DNA from: Eledone cirrhosa
Taxonomy: Eukaryota
NCBI GenBank assembly: GCA_964016885.1
Contig: OZ024757.1
Location: 14,756,001-14,820,000 of the forward strand
DNA length: 64,000 bases
Reading direction: 5' to 3'
The position numbers and the translations under genes were made by a program. Positions 21,955-35,064 of this stretch are shown here, piece by piece. The notes beneath the pieces are model-generated. The model did no database searches. It saw nothing but the letters and a program-made list of their open reading frames with translations, and was not told where the DNA came from. How positions within the stretch are numbered: the stretch's first letter is position 1; the number at the start of each line of letters is the position of its first letter.

Positions 21955-22310
21955 TCATCTCTTATATTTACATTTTCTTCCCCAATTCTGTATTTTGAAG
22001 TCCTTTCAGTATTTTAAATATTTCCATCATGTCACTCGTTAGAATTACAACTTTGGAGGAGACTAATCAAAGTGTTTGTCTTTGGTATAGTGAACTAATG
22101 TTGATATTTTCAAGTCTTGACATTTATATGGAATAGTGTACTAATATTTAAATAGTCTTTATATTTTTATCCTGTCTCCAAGATTTTAGATTTTTCAGCA
22201 TTTAGCTAGGAAAAAGAACGTTTTATTATTTCCATTATCAGTCTCGCTGTTTTGCTTCAACATGGTTAGCCATCTTTCAATTCTTATTCATAAACATTCA
22301 CAATTCTTCT
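21955..22310 (-). mobile_element. CR1-like remnant (gamma paralog)
   Basis: Matches 1-355. Confidence 0.6.
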
Positions 22311-25300
22311 GAGAGAAACAAGAGATGAGAGGAACGAGAGAGAGAAGAGAGGTGAGAGGAACGAAAAAGAGATGAGAAACGAGAGAGACGAACGAGAGAG
22401 ACGAACGAGAGAAACGAACGAGAGAAACGAACGAGAGAAAGATGAAACTAGAGAGAGAGAGATGAAACGAGAGAGAGAGAGATGAAACGAGAGACTGAGA
22501 TGAAACGATAGAGAGAGTGGAAACGATAAAGTGAGAGAGAGAGTGATATAACGAGAGAGAGAGAGAGATAGATGAAACGAGAGAGAGGGATGGAAGGAGA
22601 GAGAGGGGGATGGATGTAGAGAGAGGGATGGATGTAGAGAGAGAGGGATAGGAACGGATAGAGAGAGATGGATAGAGAGAGAGAGAGATGGATAGAGAGA
22701 GAGAGAGATGGATAGAGAGAGAGAGGGATGGATGGAGAGAGAGGGATGGATGGAGAGAGTGAGACGGATGTAGCGAGTGAGAGGGGTGGATAGGAGAGAG
22801 AGGGATGGAGAGAAAGGGATGGAGAGAGAGGGACGGAAGGATAGAGGGATGGAAGGAGAGAGAGGGATAGAGAGAGAGGGACGGAAGGATGGATAGAGAA
22901 TTGGATGGAGAGAGAGGGATGGATAGATGGAGAGAGAGAAGGATAGAGAGAGCGGGATTGATGGAGAGAGAGAGATGGATGGATAGAAGGAGGGATGGAT
23001 AGGAGAGATAGTGAGAGAGAGGGATGGATGGATAGGAGAGATAGTGAGAGAGAGGGATGGATGGATAGGAGAGATAGTGAGAGAGAGGGCTGGATGGAAA
23101 GAGAGAGAGGGATGGATGGAAAGAGAGAGGGATGGAGAGGGATGGATGGATAGAGAGAGCGGGATGGATGGGGGGAGAGAGAGGGATGGGGAGAGAGAGG
23201 GATGGAGAGAGAGACAGAGGGATGGAGAGAGAGAGAGAGGGGCGGATAGAGAGAGAGGGACGGATGGATGGATAGAGAGAGAGAGAGGGATGGAAAGAGA
23301 GAGAGAGGGAGGGATGGAAAGAGAGAGAGAGAGGGACGGATGGATGGATAGAAAGGGATGGATAGAGAGAGAAAGGGATGGATACAGAGAGATTGAGAGA
23401 GAGAGTGAGAGGGATGGATAGTGAGAGGGATGGATGGAAGGAGAGAGAGGGATGGATGTAGAGAGAGGGATGGATGTAGAGAGAGGGATGGATGTAGAGA
23501 GAGGGATGGATGTAGAGAGAGGGATGGATGTAGAGAGAGGGATGGAGAGAGAGAGAGGGATGGATGGATGTAGAGGGAGGTATGGAGAGAGAGAGAGGGA
23601 TGGATGGATGGGTAGAGAGAGGGATGGATAGATGGGTAGAGAGGGACGGATAGAGAGAGAGGGATGGATAGATGGGTAGAGAGAGAGCGGGATGGATGGA
23701 GAGAGAGAGAGAGAGAGAGCGGGATGGAGAGAGAGAGAGAGAGCGGGATGACTGGAGAGGGATGGCTGGATAGAGAGAGAGAGAGAGATGGAGAGGGATG
23801 GATGGATGGATAGAGAGAGCGGGACGGATAGAGAGAGAGAGATGGATAGAGAGACAGAGGGATGGAGAGAGAGGGGCGGATAGAGAGAGAGGGACGGATG
23901 GATGGATAGAAAGAGAAAGGGATGGAGAGAAGGAGAGATAGAGAGAGAGAGAGGGAGGGATGGAAAGAGAGAGAGGGATGGAGAGGGAGAGAGGGATGGA
24001 GAGGGATGGAAAGAGAGAGAGCGGGATGGAAGGAGAGAGAGAGAGAGAGAGATGGATAGAGAGACAGGGACGGATGGATGGATAGAAAGAGAAAGGGATT
24101 GATAGAAGGAGAGAGAGAGGGATGGATGGAGAGAGAGAGGGATGGATGGATAGAGGGATGGATGGATGGATAGAGAGAGCGGGACGGATAGAGAGAGAGA
24201 AAGAGGGATGGAAGGAGAGAGATAGAGCGGGATGGCTGGAGAGGGATGGCTGGGGAGAGGGATGGCTGGGGAGAGAGATGGATAGAGAGACAGAGGGATG
24301 GAGAGAGAGAGAGGGGCGGATAGAGAGAGAGGGATGGGTGGATGGATAGAAAGAGAGAGGGACGGATGGATGGATAGAAAGAGAAAGGGATGGATAGAAG
24401 GAGAGATAGAGAGAGAGAGGGATGGATGGAAAAAGCGAGGGATGGCTGGATAGAGGGATGGATGGATGGATAGAGAGAGCGGGACGATAGAGAGAGAGAG
24501 AGAGGGATGGAAGGACTGAGAGAGAGAGAGAGAGAGAGGGATGGAAGGAGAGAGAGAGAGGGATGGAAGGAGAGAGAGAGAGAGAGAGAGAGAGAGCGGG
24601 ATGGCTGGGGAGAGAGAGAGAGAGAGATGGATAGAGAGACAGAGGGATGGAGAGAGGGACGGATGGATGGATAGAAAGAGAAAGGGATGGCTAGAAGGAG
24701 AGATAGAGAGGGATGGATGGAAAGAGAGAGAGAGCGGGACGGATAGAGAGAGAGAGAGAGGGATGGAAGGAGAGAGAGAGGGAGCGGGATGGATGGAGAG
24801 AGAAAGAGAGAGAGAGGTGGATGGAGAGAGAGAGAGAGAGAGCGGGATGGCTGGAGAGGGATGGCTGGATAGAGAGAGAGAGAGATGGAGAGGGATGGAT
24901 GGATGGATAGAGAGAGCGGGACGGATAGAGAGAGAGAGGGATGGGGAGAGATGGAAAGAGAGACAGAGATGGATGGAAAGAGATAGGGGGAAGGATGGAA
25001 AGAGAGAGGGATGGATGGATGGATAGAGAGAGGGATGGATGGATGGATAGAGAGAGAGAGGGATGGAAGGAGAGAGAGAGAGAGAGAGGGATGGAAGGAG
25101 AGAGAGAGAGAGAGAGAGGGATGGAAGGAGAGAGAGAGAGAGAGAGAGGGATGGAAGGAGAGAGAGAGAGAGAGAGAGGGATGGAAGGAGAGAGAGGGAC
25201 GGATAGAGAGAGAGAGGGATGGATGGAGAGAGAGGGACGGAAGGATAGATGGATGGATAGAGAGAGAGAGGGATGGAAGGATGGATAGAGAATTGGATGG

Positions 25301-28300
25301 AGAGAGAGGGATGGATAGATGGAGAGAGAGAAGGATAGAGAGAGCGATGGATGGATGGATAGATAGAGAGAGCGGGACGGATAGAGAGAGCGGGATGGCT
25401 GGAGAGGGATGGATGGGGAGAGAGAGAGAGGGATGGATAGAGAGACAGAGGGGCGGATAGAGAGAGAGGGACGGATGGATGGATAGAGAGAGAAAGGGAT
25501 GGAAGGAGAGAGAGGGATGGAGAGAGGGAGGTATGGAGAGAGGGAGAGAGGTGGATGGAGAGAGAGAGAGAGGTGGATGGAGAGAGAGAGAGAGGTGGAT
25601 GGATGGATAGAGAGGGATGGAGAAAGGAATGGATGGATGGAGAGAGAGAGGGATCGAAGGAGAGAGAGCGGGATGGCTGGATAGAGAGAGCGGGACGGAT
25701 AGAGAGAGAGAGGGATGGAAGGAGAGAGAGAGAGCGGGATGGAAGGAGAGAGAGAGAGAGAGAGATGGATAGAGAGACAGAGGGATGGAGAGAGAGGGGC
25801 GGATAGAGACAGAGGGACGGATGGATGGATAGAAAGAGAAAGGGATGGATAGAAGGAGAGAGAGAGAGGGATGGATGGAAAGAGAGAGAGAGGGATGGAT
25901 GGAAAGAGAGAGAGAGGGATGGAGAGGGATGGATGGATAGAGAGAGCGGGACGGATAGAGAGAGAGAAAGAGGAATGGAAGGAGAGAGATAGAGCGGGAT
26001 GGCTGGAGAGGGATGGCTGGGGAGAGAGAGAGAGAGATGGATAGAGAGAGAGAGAGATGGATAGAGAGACAGGGACGGATGGATGGATAGAAAGAGAATG
26101 GGATGGATAGAAGGAGAGATAGAGAGGGATGGATGGAAAGAGCGAGGGATGGATGGATGGATAGAGAGAGCGGGACGGATAGAGAGAGAGAGAGAGCGGG
26201 ATGGCTGGAGAGGGATGGCTGGGGAGAGAGATGGATAGAGAGACAGAGGGATGGAGAGACAGAGAGGGGCGGATAGAGAGAGAGGGGCGGATAGAGAGAG
26301 AGGGACGGATGGATGGATAGAAAGAGAAAGGGATGGATAGAAGGAGAGATAGAGAGAGAGAGCGGGATGGATGGAAAGAGAGAGAGAGCGGGATGGAAGG
26401 CGAGAGAGAGGGATGGAAGGAGAGAGAGAGATGGATAGAGAGAGGGAGAGATGGATAGAGAGAGAGAGATGGATAGAGAGAGAGAGATGGATAGAGAGAG
26501 AGAGATGGATAGAGAGACAGAGGGGCGGAGAGAGAGAGAGGGGCGGAGAGAGAGGGACGGATGGATGGATAGAAAGAGAAAGGGATGGATAGAAGGAGAG
26601 ATAGAGAGAGGGATGGATGGAAAGAGAGAGGGATGGAGGGATGGATGGATGGATAGAGAGAGAGCGGGACGGATAGAGAGAGAGGGGCGGAGGGATGGAT
26701 GGATGGATAGAGAGAGCGGGATGGAAGGAGAGAGCGGGATGGCTGGAGAGGGATGGCTGGGGAGGGAGAGAGAGAGAGAGATGGATAGAGAGAGATGGAG
26801 AGAGAGAGGGACGGATGGATGGATAGAAAGAGATGGATAGAAGGAGATATATAGAGAGAGAGGGATGGATGGAAAGAGGGATGAATGGAAAGAGAGAGAG
26901 GGACGGAGAGAGAGAGAGAGAGGGACGGAAGGAGAGAGAGAGAGGGACGGAAGGAGAGAGAGAGAGAGAGGGACGGAAGGAGAGAGAGAGAGAGAGGGAC
27001 GGAAGGAGAGAGAGAGAGAGAGGGACGGAAGGAGAGAGAGAGAGCGGGACGGAAGGAGAGAGAGAGCGGGATGGAAGGAGAGAGAGAGAGAGAGAGCGGG
27101 ATGGAAGGAGAGAGAGAGAGAGAGCGGGATGGCTGGAGAGGGATGGCTGGGGAGAGAGAGAGAGAGAGAGAGAGATGGATAGAGAGAGAGAGAGAGATGG
27201 ATAGAGAGAGAGAGGGATGGATAGAAGGAAGGAGAGAGAAGGATAGAGAGAGAGAAGGAGAGAGAGAGGGATGGAAGGAGAGAGAGAGAGAGATGGAAGG
27301 AGAGAGAGAGAGAGATGGAAGGAGAGAGAGAGAGAGAGAGGGATGGAAGGAGAGAGAGAGAGAGAGAGAGGGATGGAAGGAGAGAGAGGGGATGGCTGGA
27401 TAGAGAGAGCGGGACGGATAGAGAGAGAGAGAGAGGGGATGGCTGGATAGAGAGAGCGGGACGGATAGAGAGAGAGAGAGAGGGATGGAAGGAGAGAGAG
27501 AGAGAGATGGAGAGAGAGAGCGAGGGACGGATGGATGGAAAGAGAGAGAGGGACGGATGGATGGAAAGAGAGAGAGGGACGGATGGAAAGAGAGAGAGGG
27601 ACGGATAGAAAGAGATGGATGGAAAGAGATAGAAAGAGATGGATGGAAAGAGAGAGAGAGGGAAGGATGGATGGATAGAGAGAGAGAGGGAAGGATGGTA
27701 AGAGAGGGATGGATGGATGGATGGATAGAGAGAGAGAGGGATGGAAGGATGGATAGAGAGAGAGAGGGATGGAAGGAGAGAGAGAGGGATGGAAGGAGAG
27801 AGAGAGGGATGGATGGATGGATAGAGAGAGAGAGGGAAGGATGGATGGATAGAGAGAGAGAGGGAAGGATGGTAAGAGAGGGATGGATGGATGGATGGAT
27901 AGAGAGAGAGAGGGATGGAAGGATGGATAGAGAGAGAGAGGGATGGAAGGAGAGAGAGAGGGATGGAAGGAGAGAGAGAGGGATGGAAGGAGAGAGAGAG
28001 GGATGGATAGAGAGAGGGACGGATAGAGAGAGGGACGGATAGAGAGAGAGAGGGATGGATGTAGAGAGAGGGACGGATAGAGAGAGAGAGGGATGGATGT
28101 AGAGAGAGGGATGGAAGGAGAGAGAGAGAGAGAGAGGGACGGAGAGAGAGAGGGATGGATAGAGAGAGAGAGAAGGATAGAGAGAGAGAGAGTGAGACGG
28201 ATGTAGCGAGTGAGAGAAGGATAGAGAGAGAGAGAGTGAGACGGATGTAGCGAGTGAGAGAAGGATAGAGAGAGAGAGAGAGTGAGACGGATGTAGCGAG

Positions 28301-29830
28301 TGAGAGGGGTGGATAGGAGAGAGAGGGATGGAGAGAGAGAGGGATGGAGAGAGAGGGACGGAAGGATAGATGGATGGATAGAGGGAGAGAGGGGGATGGA
28401 AGGAGAGAGGGATAGAGAGAGAGAGGGACGGAAGGATGGATAGAGAATTGGATGGAGAGAAAGGGATGGATAGATGGAGAGAGAGAAGGATAGAGAGAAA
28501 GGGATGGATAGATGGAGAGAGAGAAGGATAGAGAGAGCGATGGAGAGGGATGGATGGATAGAGGGATGGATGGATAGAAAGGGATGGATAGAAGGAAGGA
28601 GAGGGATGGATAGAGAGATGGAAGGAGAGAGAGAGAGGGATGGATAGAGAGAGAGAGAGGGATGGATAGAGAGAGAGAGAGGGATGGATAGAGAGAGAGA
28701 GAGGGATGGATAGAGAGAGAGAGGGATGGATGTAGAGAGATTGATGGAGAGAGGGAGGTATGGAGAGAGGGAGAGTGATGGATGGAGAGAGAGGTGGATG
28801 GAAAGAGGGATGGATGGAAAGAGAGAGAGGGATGGAAAGAGAGAGAGGGATGGAAAGAGAGACGGACGGAAGGATGGATAGAGAATTGGATGGAGAGAAA
28901 GGGATGGATAGATGGAGAGAGAGAAGGATAGAGAGAGCGATGGAGAGGGATGGATGGATAGAGGGATGGATAGAGAGAGAAAGGGATGGATAGAAGGAAG
29001 GAGAGGGATGGATAGAGAGATGGAAGGAGAGAGAGAGAGGGATGGAAGGAGAGAGGGATAGAGAGAGAGGGACGGAAGGATGGATAGAGAATTGGATGGA
29101 GAGAAAGGGATGGATAGATGGAGAGAGAGAAGGATAGAGAGAGCGATGGAGAGGGATGGATGGATAGAGGGATGGATGGATAGAAAGGGATGGATAGAGA
29201 GAGAAAGGGATGGATAGAGAGATGGAAGGAGAGAGATAGAGAGATGGAAGGAGAGAGAGAGAGGGATGGATAGAGAGAGAGAGAGATGGAGAGAGAGAGA
29301 TGGATAGAGAGAGATTGATGGAGAGAGGGAGGTATGGAGAGAGGGAGAGTGATGGATGGAAAGAGAGAGAGGGATGGAAAGAGAGAGAGGGATGGAGAGA
29401 GAGGGATGGAAAGAGAGAGGGACGGAAGGATGGATAGAGAATTGGATGGAGAGAAAGGGATGGATAGATGGAGAGAGAGAAGGATAGAGAGAGCGATGGA
29501 GAGGGATGGATGGATAGAGGGATGGATGGAGAGAGAAAGGGATGGATAGAAGGAAGGAGAGGGATGGATAGAGAGATGGAAGGAGAGAGAGAGAGAGGGA
29601 TGGAGAGGGAGAGAGAGAGGGATGGAGAGGGAGAGAGAGAGGGATGGAGAGGGAGAGAGAGAGGGATGGAGAGGGAGAGAGAGAGGGATGAAGGGAGAGA
29701 GAGAGGGATGAAGGGAGAGAGAGAGGGATGAATGGAGAGAGAGAGGGATGAATGGAGAGAGAGGGATGAATGGAGAGAGAGAGGGATGGATGGAGTGAGA
29801 GAGGGATGAATGGAGAGAGGGATGAATTAA
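22311..29830. repeat. Compound purine-rich satellite, array 2
   Basis: Visible low-complexity tract. Confidence 0.98.
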
Positions 29831-29853
29831 ATAGAAAAACATGTAAGACTTAC

Positions 29854-29926
29854 CCATTTGTGATGTCAAATAAAGTTTGACAGTACTCTTAGATTTTACA
29901 ATTATAGCAATGGCTCGACATGATAA
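29854..29926 (-). other. Putative 73-nt spliced exon (copy 2)
   Basis: Same sequence and splice signals as 5218-5290. Confidence 0.4.
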
Positions 29927-29960
29927 CTACACAAGATAGAAAATATACAGAAACTAATAT

Positions 29961-30116
29961 AATTGTTTCTACTTTTGGCACAAGTTCAGCTATAACTCAG
30001 TGTATTACTGGTACTTTATTTTATCGACCCTGTAAGGATGAAAGTTAACCACGGCGGGATTTGAACTCAGAATGGAAAAGGGCGTAATTCTATACGTCAA
30101 ATCATGGCGTCCGACG
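29961..30116 (-). mobile_element. tRNA-derived SINE, partial (copy 2)
   Basis: Copy of 5325-5480. Confidence 0.8.
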
Positions 30117-30247
30117 GTGTTGTGTGATGTATAGGTTGTGTGATGTGTGTGGTGTGGTGATGTGTGGTGTGTAGAGTATAATGTGTGGTGAGTGATGTGT
30201 ATAGCGTGGTGTGTGCACATGGTGTGTGAGTATGTAGTAAGGGTGTG

Positions 30248-30340
<93 letters not shown>
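30117..30340. repeat. TG-rich tract and (TG)n
   Basis: Visible. Confidence 0.95.
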
Positions 30341-30343
<3 letters not shown>

Positions 30344-30610
30344 AGTCGTTCCCTTTTTAATTTGAGAAATAGGACAGAATCCAAACCCCATTTATAAGCC
30401 ATGGTGGCTAATCAACACAGATGACAGTTTTAAATTCTCATGAGTGGAGAATATATTTATGAAGTTTTAATATTTTGATATTTAAAATGTTTTAAGTGTC
30501 ATTTAGAGTATAGTTTTTATTTCACTTCATTATGTAATGAGTTACCATTTTCTGATTGTTTTCAAGGTCATATTCATTAAAAACATCAAAAATAATAGCA
30601 AATATAAATT

Positions 30611-31363
30611 TCACCTCCAAAGTGAAACTGGTGTAATATGCCAAAGTGAAACTGGTGTAGTATATTCACATCCAAAGTGAAAAACTGGTGTAATATTCCA
30701 AAGTGAAACTGGTGTAATATTCCAAAGTGTAAACTGGTGTAATATTCCAAAGTGTAAACTGGTGTAATATTCCAAAGTGTAAACTGGTGTAATATTCCAA
30801 AGTGAAACTGGTGTAGTATATTAACATCCAAAGTGAAAAACTGGTGTAATATTCCAAAGTGTAAACTGGTGTAATATTCACCTCCAAAGTGAAACTGGTG
30901 TAGTATATTCACATCCAAAGTGAAACTGGTGTAATATATCCACCTCCAAAGTGAAACTGGTGTAATATTCACCTCCAACGTGAAACTGGTGTAATATTCA
31001 CCTCCAACGTGAAACTGGTGTAATATTCACCTCCAACGTGAAACTGGTGTAATATTCACCTCCAACGTGAAACTGGTGTAGTATATTCACATCCAAAGTG
31101 AAAAACTGGTGTAATATTCCAAAGTGTAAACTGGTGTAATATATCCACCTCCAAAGTGAAACTGCTGTAATATATCCACCTCCTAAGTGAAACTGGTGTA
31201 ATATTCCAAAGTGAAACTGGTGTAGTATATTCACATCCAAAGTGAAAAACTAGTGTAATATTCCAAAGTGTAAACTGGTGTAATATTCACCTCCAAAGTG
31301 AAAAACTGGTGTAATATTCATCTTCAAAGTGAAACTGGTGCAACATTCATCTCCAAAGCGAAA
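30611..31363. repeat. ~29 bp minisatellite (shorter B allele)
   Basis: Same unit as 5981-6900. Confidence 0.95.
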
Positions 31364-31832
31364 ATATTTTAGCACCTCATTTACATATAATTTTTAAGTT
31401 GGTGAAATCAAAATATTGACCTCAAAGACAAGTCCTCCCCCCTATTTTACCATCAATATTTTGTCACATTTCTCGACATATATACAAGTATATACAATAT
31501 TTACTTTACATAAATTATCAAAAGATTTGCTATTTATGTAAACAGAATTATCCGAAACTAAATCTAATAAAATTTCTTTTAATTAAATTTAAGAAAAAAA
31601 TATAGTTTGAAAGAAAACTAGAGATCACTGCTCGGACCAAGGTGTAGGGGTCACGACATACAAAATGAGGTAAGCGTTTGGAAAGGCTTCCAGCTGTTAA
31701 AGCGAAGCCAAGATCAGTTCTGTATGAGCAAGACATGGTCACCTGACCTGGCATTGCCCACAATAGGACAACTCGTCTAACCCATGCTAGCGTAGAAAAA
31801 TTGATATTAAATGGTGATTATATATATATATA

Positions 31833-32012
31833 AGTGAGTGAGTGAGTGAGTGAGTGAGTGAGTGAGTGAGTGAGTGAGTGAGTGAGTGAGTGAGTGAGTG
31901 AGTGAGTGAGTGAGTGAGTGAGTGAGTGAGTGAGTGAGTGAGTGAGTGAGTGAGTGAGTGAGTGAGTGAGTGAGTGAGTGAGTGAGTGAGTGAGTGAGTG
32001 AGTGAGTGAGTG
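31833..32012. repeat. (AGTG)45 microsatellite, B-specific
   Basis: Perfect tetranucleotide tract. Confidence 0.97.
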
Positions 32013-32096
32013 TCTCGGGTTCAATCGAGGGGGAAACCACAGTAGGTAAAGTACTCAATACATTAGTAGCGTATATACAAAATATAATATAGAAAT

Positions 32097-32149
32097 AGCT
32101 TCTACAGGACTAGAACTGTTTCATTCGAAGGAAATCATCAGGAAAGCCC
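32097..32149 (-). ncRNA. Type I hammerhead motif within Penelope-like hairpin (copy 2)
   Basis: Same core as 7504-7556. Confidence 0.6.
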
Positions 32150-32198
32150 CGATTTCCCTGAAATGAAAGTTCTAGTACTGTAGAAGCCATTTCTATAT

Positions 32199-32665
32199 CA
32201 TTCTGTTGACAAAGGGTTTCTCCCTACGAACGGAAGGCCAGTTATATGATGCCTGTGTGAGATGGGCAGCAACTGCGGAGGATATGCGACGGCTGGAGAG
32301 AAATGAATCAAGCATGCTCCGTTGGATGTGCAATGTCAACGTGTGTGAACGACCAAGTATAGACGAGTTGAAAAGGAAACTGGGTATAAGAGGGGTAAGT
32401 TGTGGTGTGCAGGAGAGAAGACTACGATGGTATGGACATGTGATGCGCATGGAGGATGACCGCTGGGTAAAGAAGTACCAAGAAATCCCAGTAGAAGGAA
32501 GATGCAGTAGAGGGAGACCACGAAAATCATGGGCGGAAGTGGTGAGAGCTGACCTCAGATCGCTGAAGCTCACAGATGACGACCGAGGACAGTAACGATG
32601 GAGACATGCTGTGCTGAATAGGACCCGTCCCACCCTTGCAAACAGGAAAAAGCAGACGTATGAAG

Positions 32666-32668
<3 letters not shown>
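32199..32668 (+). mobile_element. 5'-truncated RTE LINE (copy 2)
   Basis: ORF 32206-32595. Confidence 0.88.
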
Positions 32669-32721
<53 letters not shown>

Positions 32722-33002
32722 AGAATCAAATATATTACTTGACTAATATACTAATATGTATAGATAATAAAGATATAACAAACCTGTTGGTATAAACATC
32801 AACACTGGTAGACTCCTTCAGTACAGGAGAGGGGCAGATGATACTCCTGGCTTGTGTTTGATCAATAGCATCACTCCTTCCCTATGGCACATACATTTCT
32901 ATTTGGTAGTGACCAGTTGTTTCCTCCTGCTAAGAAAGAAATACCACCAGGGGTCAGAAGATTAATTTATTAGTTTTATTTATTTAGTTTATGTATCATA
33001 TA

Positions 33003-33081
33003 TAGGGTGTCCCCCCAAAATGTATACACACTTCAACAATATTCTAATAAATATGTGTATGCATTTTTGGGGGTCACCCTG
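33003..33081. mobile_element. 79-bp Tc1/mariner-type MITE (copy 2)
   Basis: Copy of 8387-8465. Confidence 0.75.
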
Positions 33082-33177
33082 TATTTGTGGCTGAATTTTT
33101 GGGGTGGTGGTGGGAGGTTATTGTGGCTGAGGGGAGGGAGGGAGAATGTAGATTGTGTGTGTGTGTGTTGACTGTCG

Positions 33178-33212
<35 letters not shown>

Positions 33213-33917
33213 GTAGAAGGGAGAGAGAACGTGAGATGGGAGAGAGACACATACATGTATGTGTGTCTCTCCCATCTATGTAGATATAGAGTAATGTGAA
33301 TGCAAAAGGGTTAAATGCACACAAACACAAACATACATATACACAGCCTTAATATAAACCAATCCGGTCAGTTTAAACTGGAGATGGTAGACAGCCAGAC
33401 CAATCTCAGAGATAATATTTACGTTTATGTTGACAGGGCAAATGGCTGGGTATTTGTGTGGTCAGCTAGAACAATGACGTCCCCTTCTGTAAGGTTGCCA
33501 GGACGGGTCTGGGTCACTACAAAATTAAAACAATATTTGTTATATGAACAGTGTGTGTGTGTGTGTGTATGTGTGAGTAGGGGGTAATTTGTTGTGTGGG
33601 GTTAATTTAGAGAATATAGGGTTAACATCAACAATGTGGAGGTAATATGGCTAACATGAAGAGTGTGGTGGGGGAGGGGATAAACATGGCGAGAGTGTGG
33701 TGGAGGGCAAACATGGCGAGAGTGCGGTGGGGGTCAAACATGGTGAGAGTGGGGGGGGGGAACATGGCGAGAGTGTGTGTGTGTATATGGGGGGGGGGGG
33801 GGGGGAGAGTGGGAGATGCGGGATAACATGGCGAGAGTGTGGGGGCTAACATGGGGAGAGGCTTTTGAACAGGAGGGGATATCAGTATGCGTGTAGTTGT
33901 AGAAGTAGAAGGGTAAC

Positions 33918-33947
<30 letters not shown>

Positions 33948-33948
<1 letters not shown>

Positions 33949-34171
33949 GAGGCACGTGGCCTAGTGGTAAGGGTGTTGGACTTACAATCATAACATCGTG
34001 GGTTCGATTCCTGGGTTGCATGTTGTGTTCTTGAGCAAAACACTTCATTTCACGTTGCTCCAGTAAACTAAGCTGAAAATGAGTACCAGCAATAGATGGG
34101 AGGTTTAACCCTGCGATGGACTGGCGCCCTGTCCAGGGTGGAGTCTTGTACTCTCAGTCGCTTCACGCCAT
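33948..34171 (+). mobile_element. tRNA-derived CORE/V-like SINE (copy 2)
   Basis: Copy of 9307-9530. Confidence 0.85.
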
Positions 34172-34306
34172 AATGCATGGAAAATCTAAGTCGTCTAACT
34201 ACAGAGGTACAACGTCAAACCACTCTAGCACATTACTATAAAAAGTTATTTAAAAAATAAATAGATGATAAATAGAAAAAGAGAAATGGGGAATACATAT
34301 ACATAC

Positions 34307-34342
<36 letters not shown>

Positions 34343-34345
<3 letters not shown>

Positions 34346-35064
34346 GTGGGGGATATTATTATATTGCCAGAAATAATAAAACTCACTTTTCACTTCCATA
34401 TATTTTATATCTATCCCTATAGTTAATTTAACTAGCAATCAATGTTTTATAGATTGACCAAGAGTTATATATATAGTCCCCCAGAGTTCTTTCGTTATAC
34501 ACCTGTGACATCAGTGATACTATTGTTTCTTCCTGTTGTGTTGTAATGATGGTACAACAACTAATCAAAGGCCCTAAGAAAGATTAAAGTGGTAGAAAAG
34601 CCAGGATCTACTATAAAATCCATGATCAGTAAACCTTAACCCTTTAAGAAAACCCAAATTAGGGAAGCAACTGAAATAGAACCAAGAAAACCGAAGTAAA
34701 ACAGAAAACCTGAATGGAACAACAACAACCATACAAATACACACTAATGACCAAAGATAGAATACAAACACGAACACACACCAAACAGAAAACGCGCATA
34801 GAAACACATTCGGAAATCGAGACAAATAAATAAACAATTGAATAAGTAAACATTACAATAATATCACTGATGATGTCACAGGTGTCTCATGAAAGAACTC
34901 AGACTATATATATATATATAAAAACAGTTGGTCAATCAATGATAAACATTGATTGCCAGCTAAATTAACTATTGGGATGTAGAATATACGGAAGCGAAAA
35001 CCAATCCAACCCAAACTGTTTTATTATATATTTCTGGCAATATTATAACAATATGACCCTCCCC
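34343..35064. mobile_element. MITE-like long inverted repeat (copy 2)
   Basis: Copy of 9698-10419. Confidence 0.7.

Larger units (their letters stand above)
356..22309. repeat. Tandem macro-unit copy 1 (GA satellite + A-type mosaic block, ~22 kb)
   Basis: Same feature order and near-identical sequence recur: ORF starts 7613/32206/58054, 9929/34574/60348, 12544/37102/62963. Bases 1-355 match the end of this unit (~21957-22310). Confidence 0.95.
10960..22310. repeat. Three old diverged internal sub-repeats (alpha ~10960-16570, beta ~16570-20740, gamma ~20740-22310)
   Basis: Shared anchors: AGAAAGGAATATTTG at 11461/17086/20744; CAATTCTGTATTTTGAA at ~12601/19097/21983; TGTAAATG..GGATTATTA at ~15861/18911/21797. 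Confidence 0.9.

Noticed and set aside
356-22309. rDNA, histone or snRNA tandem unit
   Set aside because: No rRNA, 5S, histone or spliceosomal snRNA sequence recognised anywhere in the unit.
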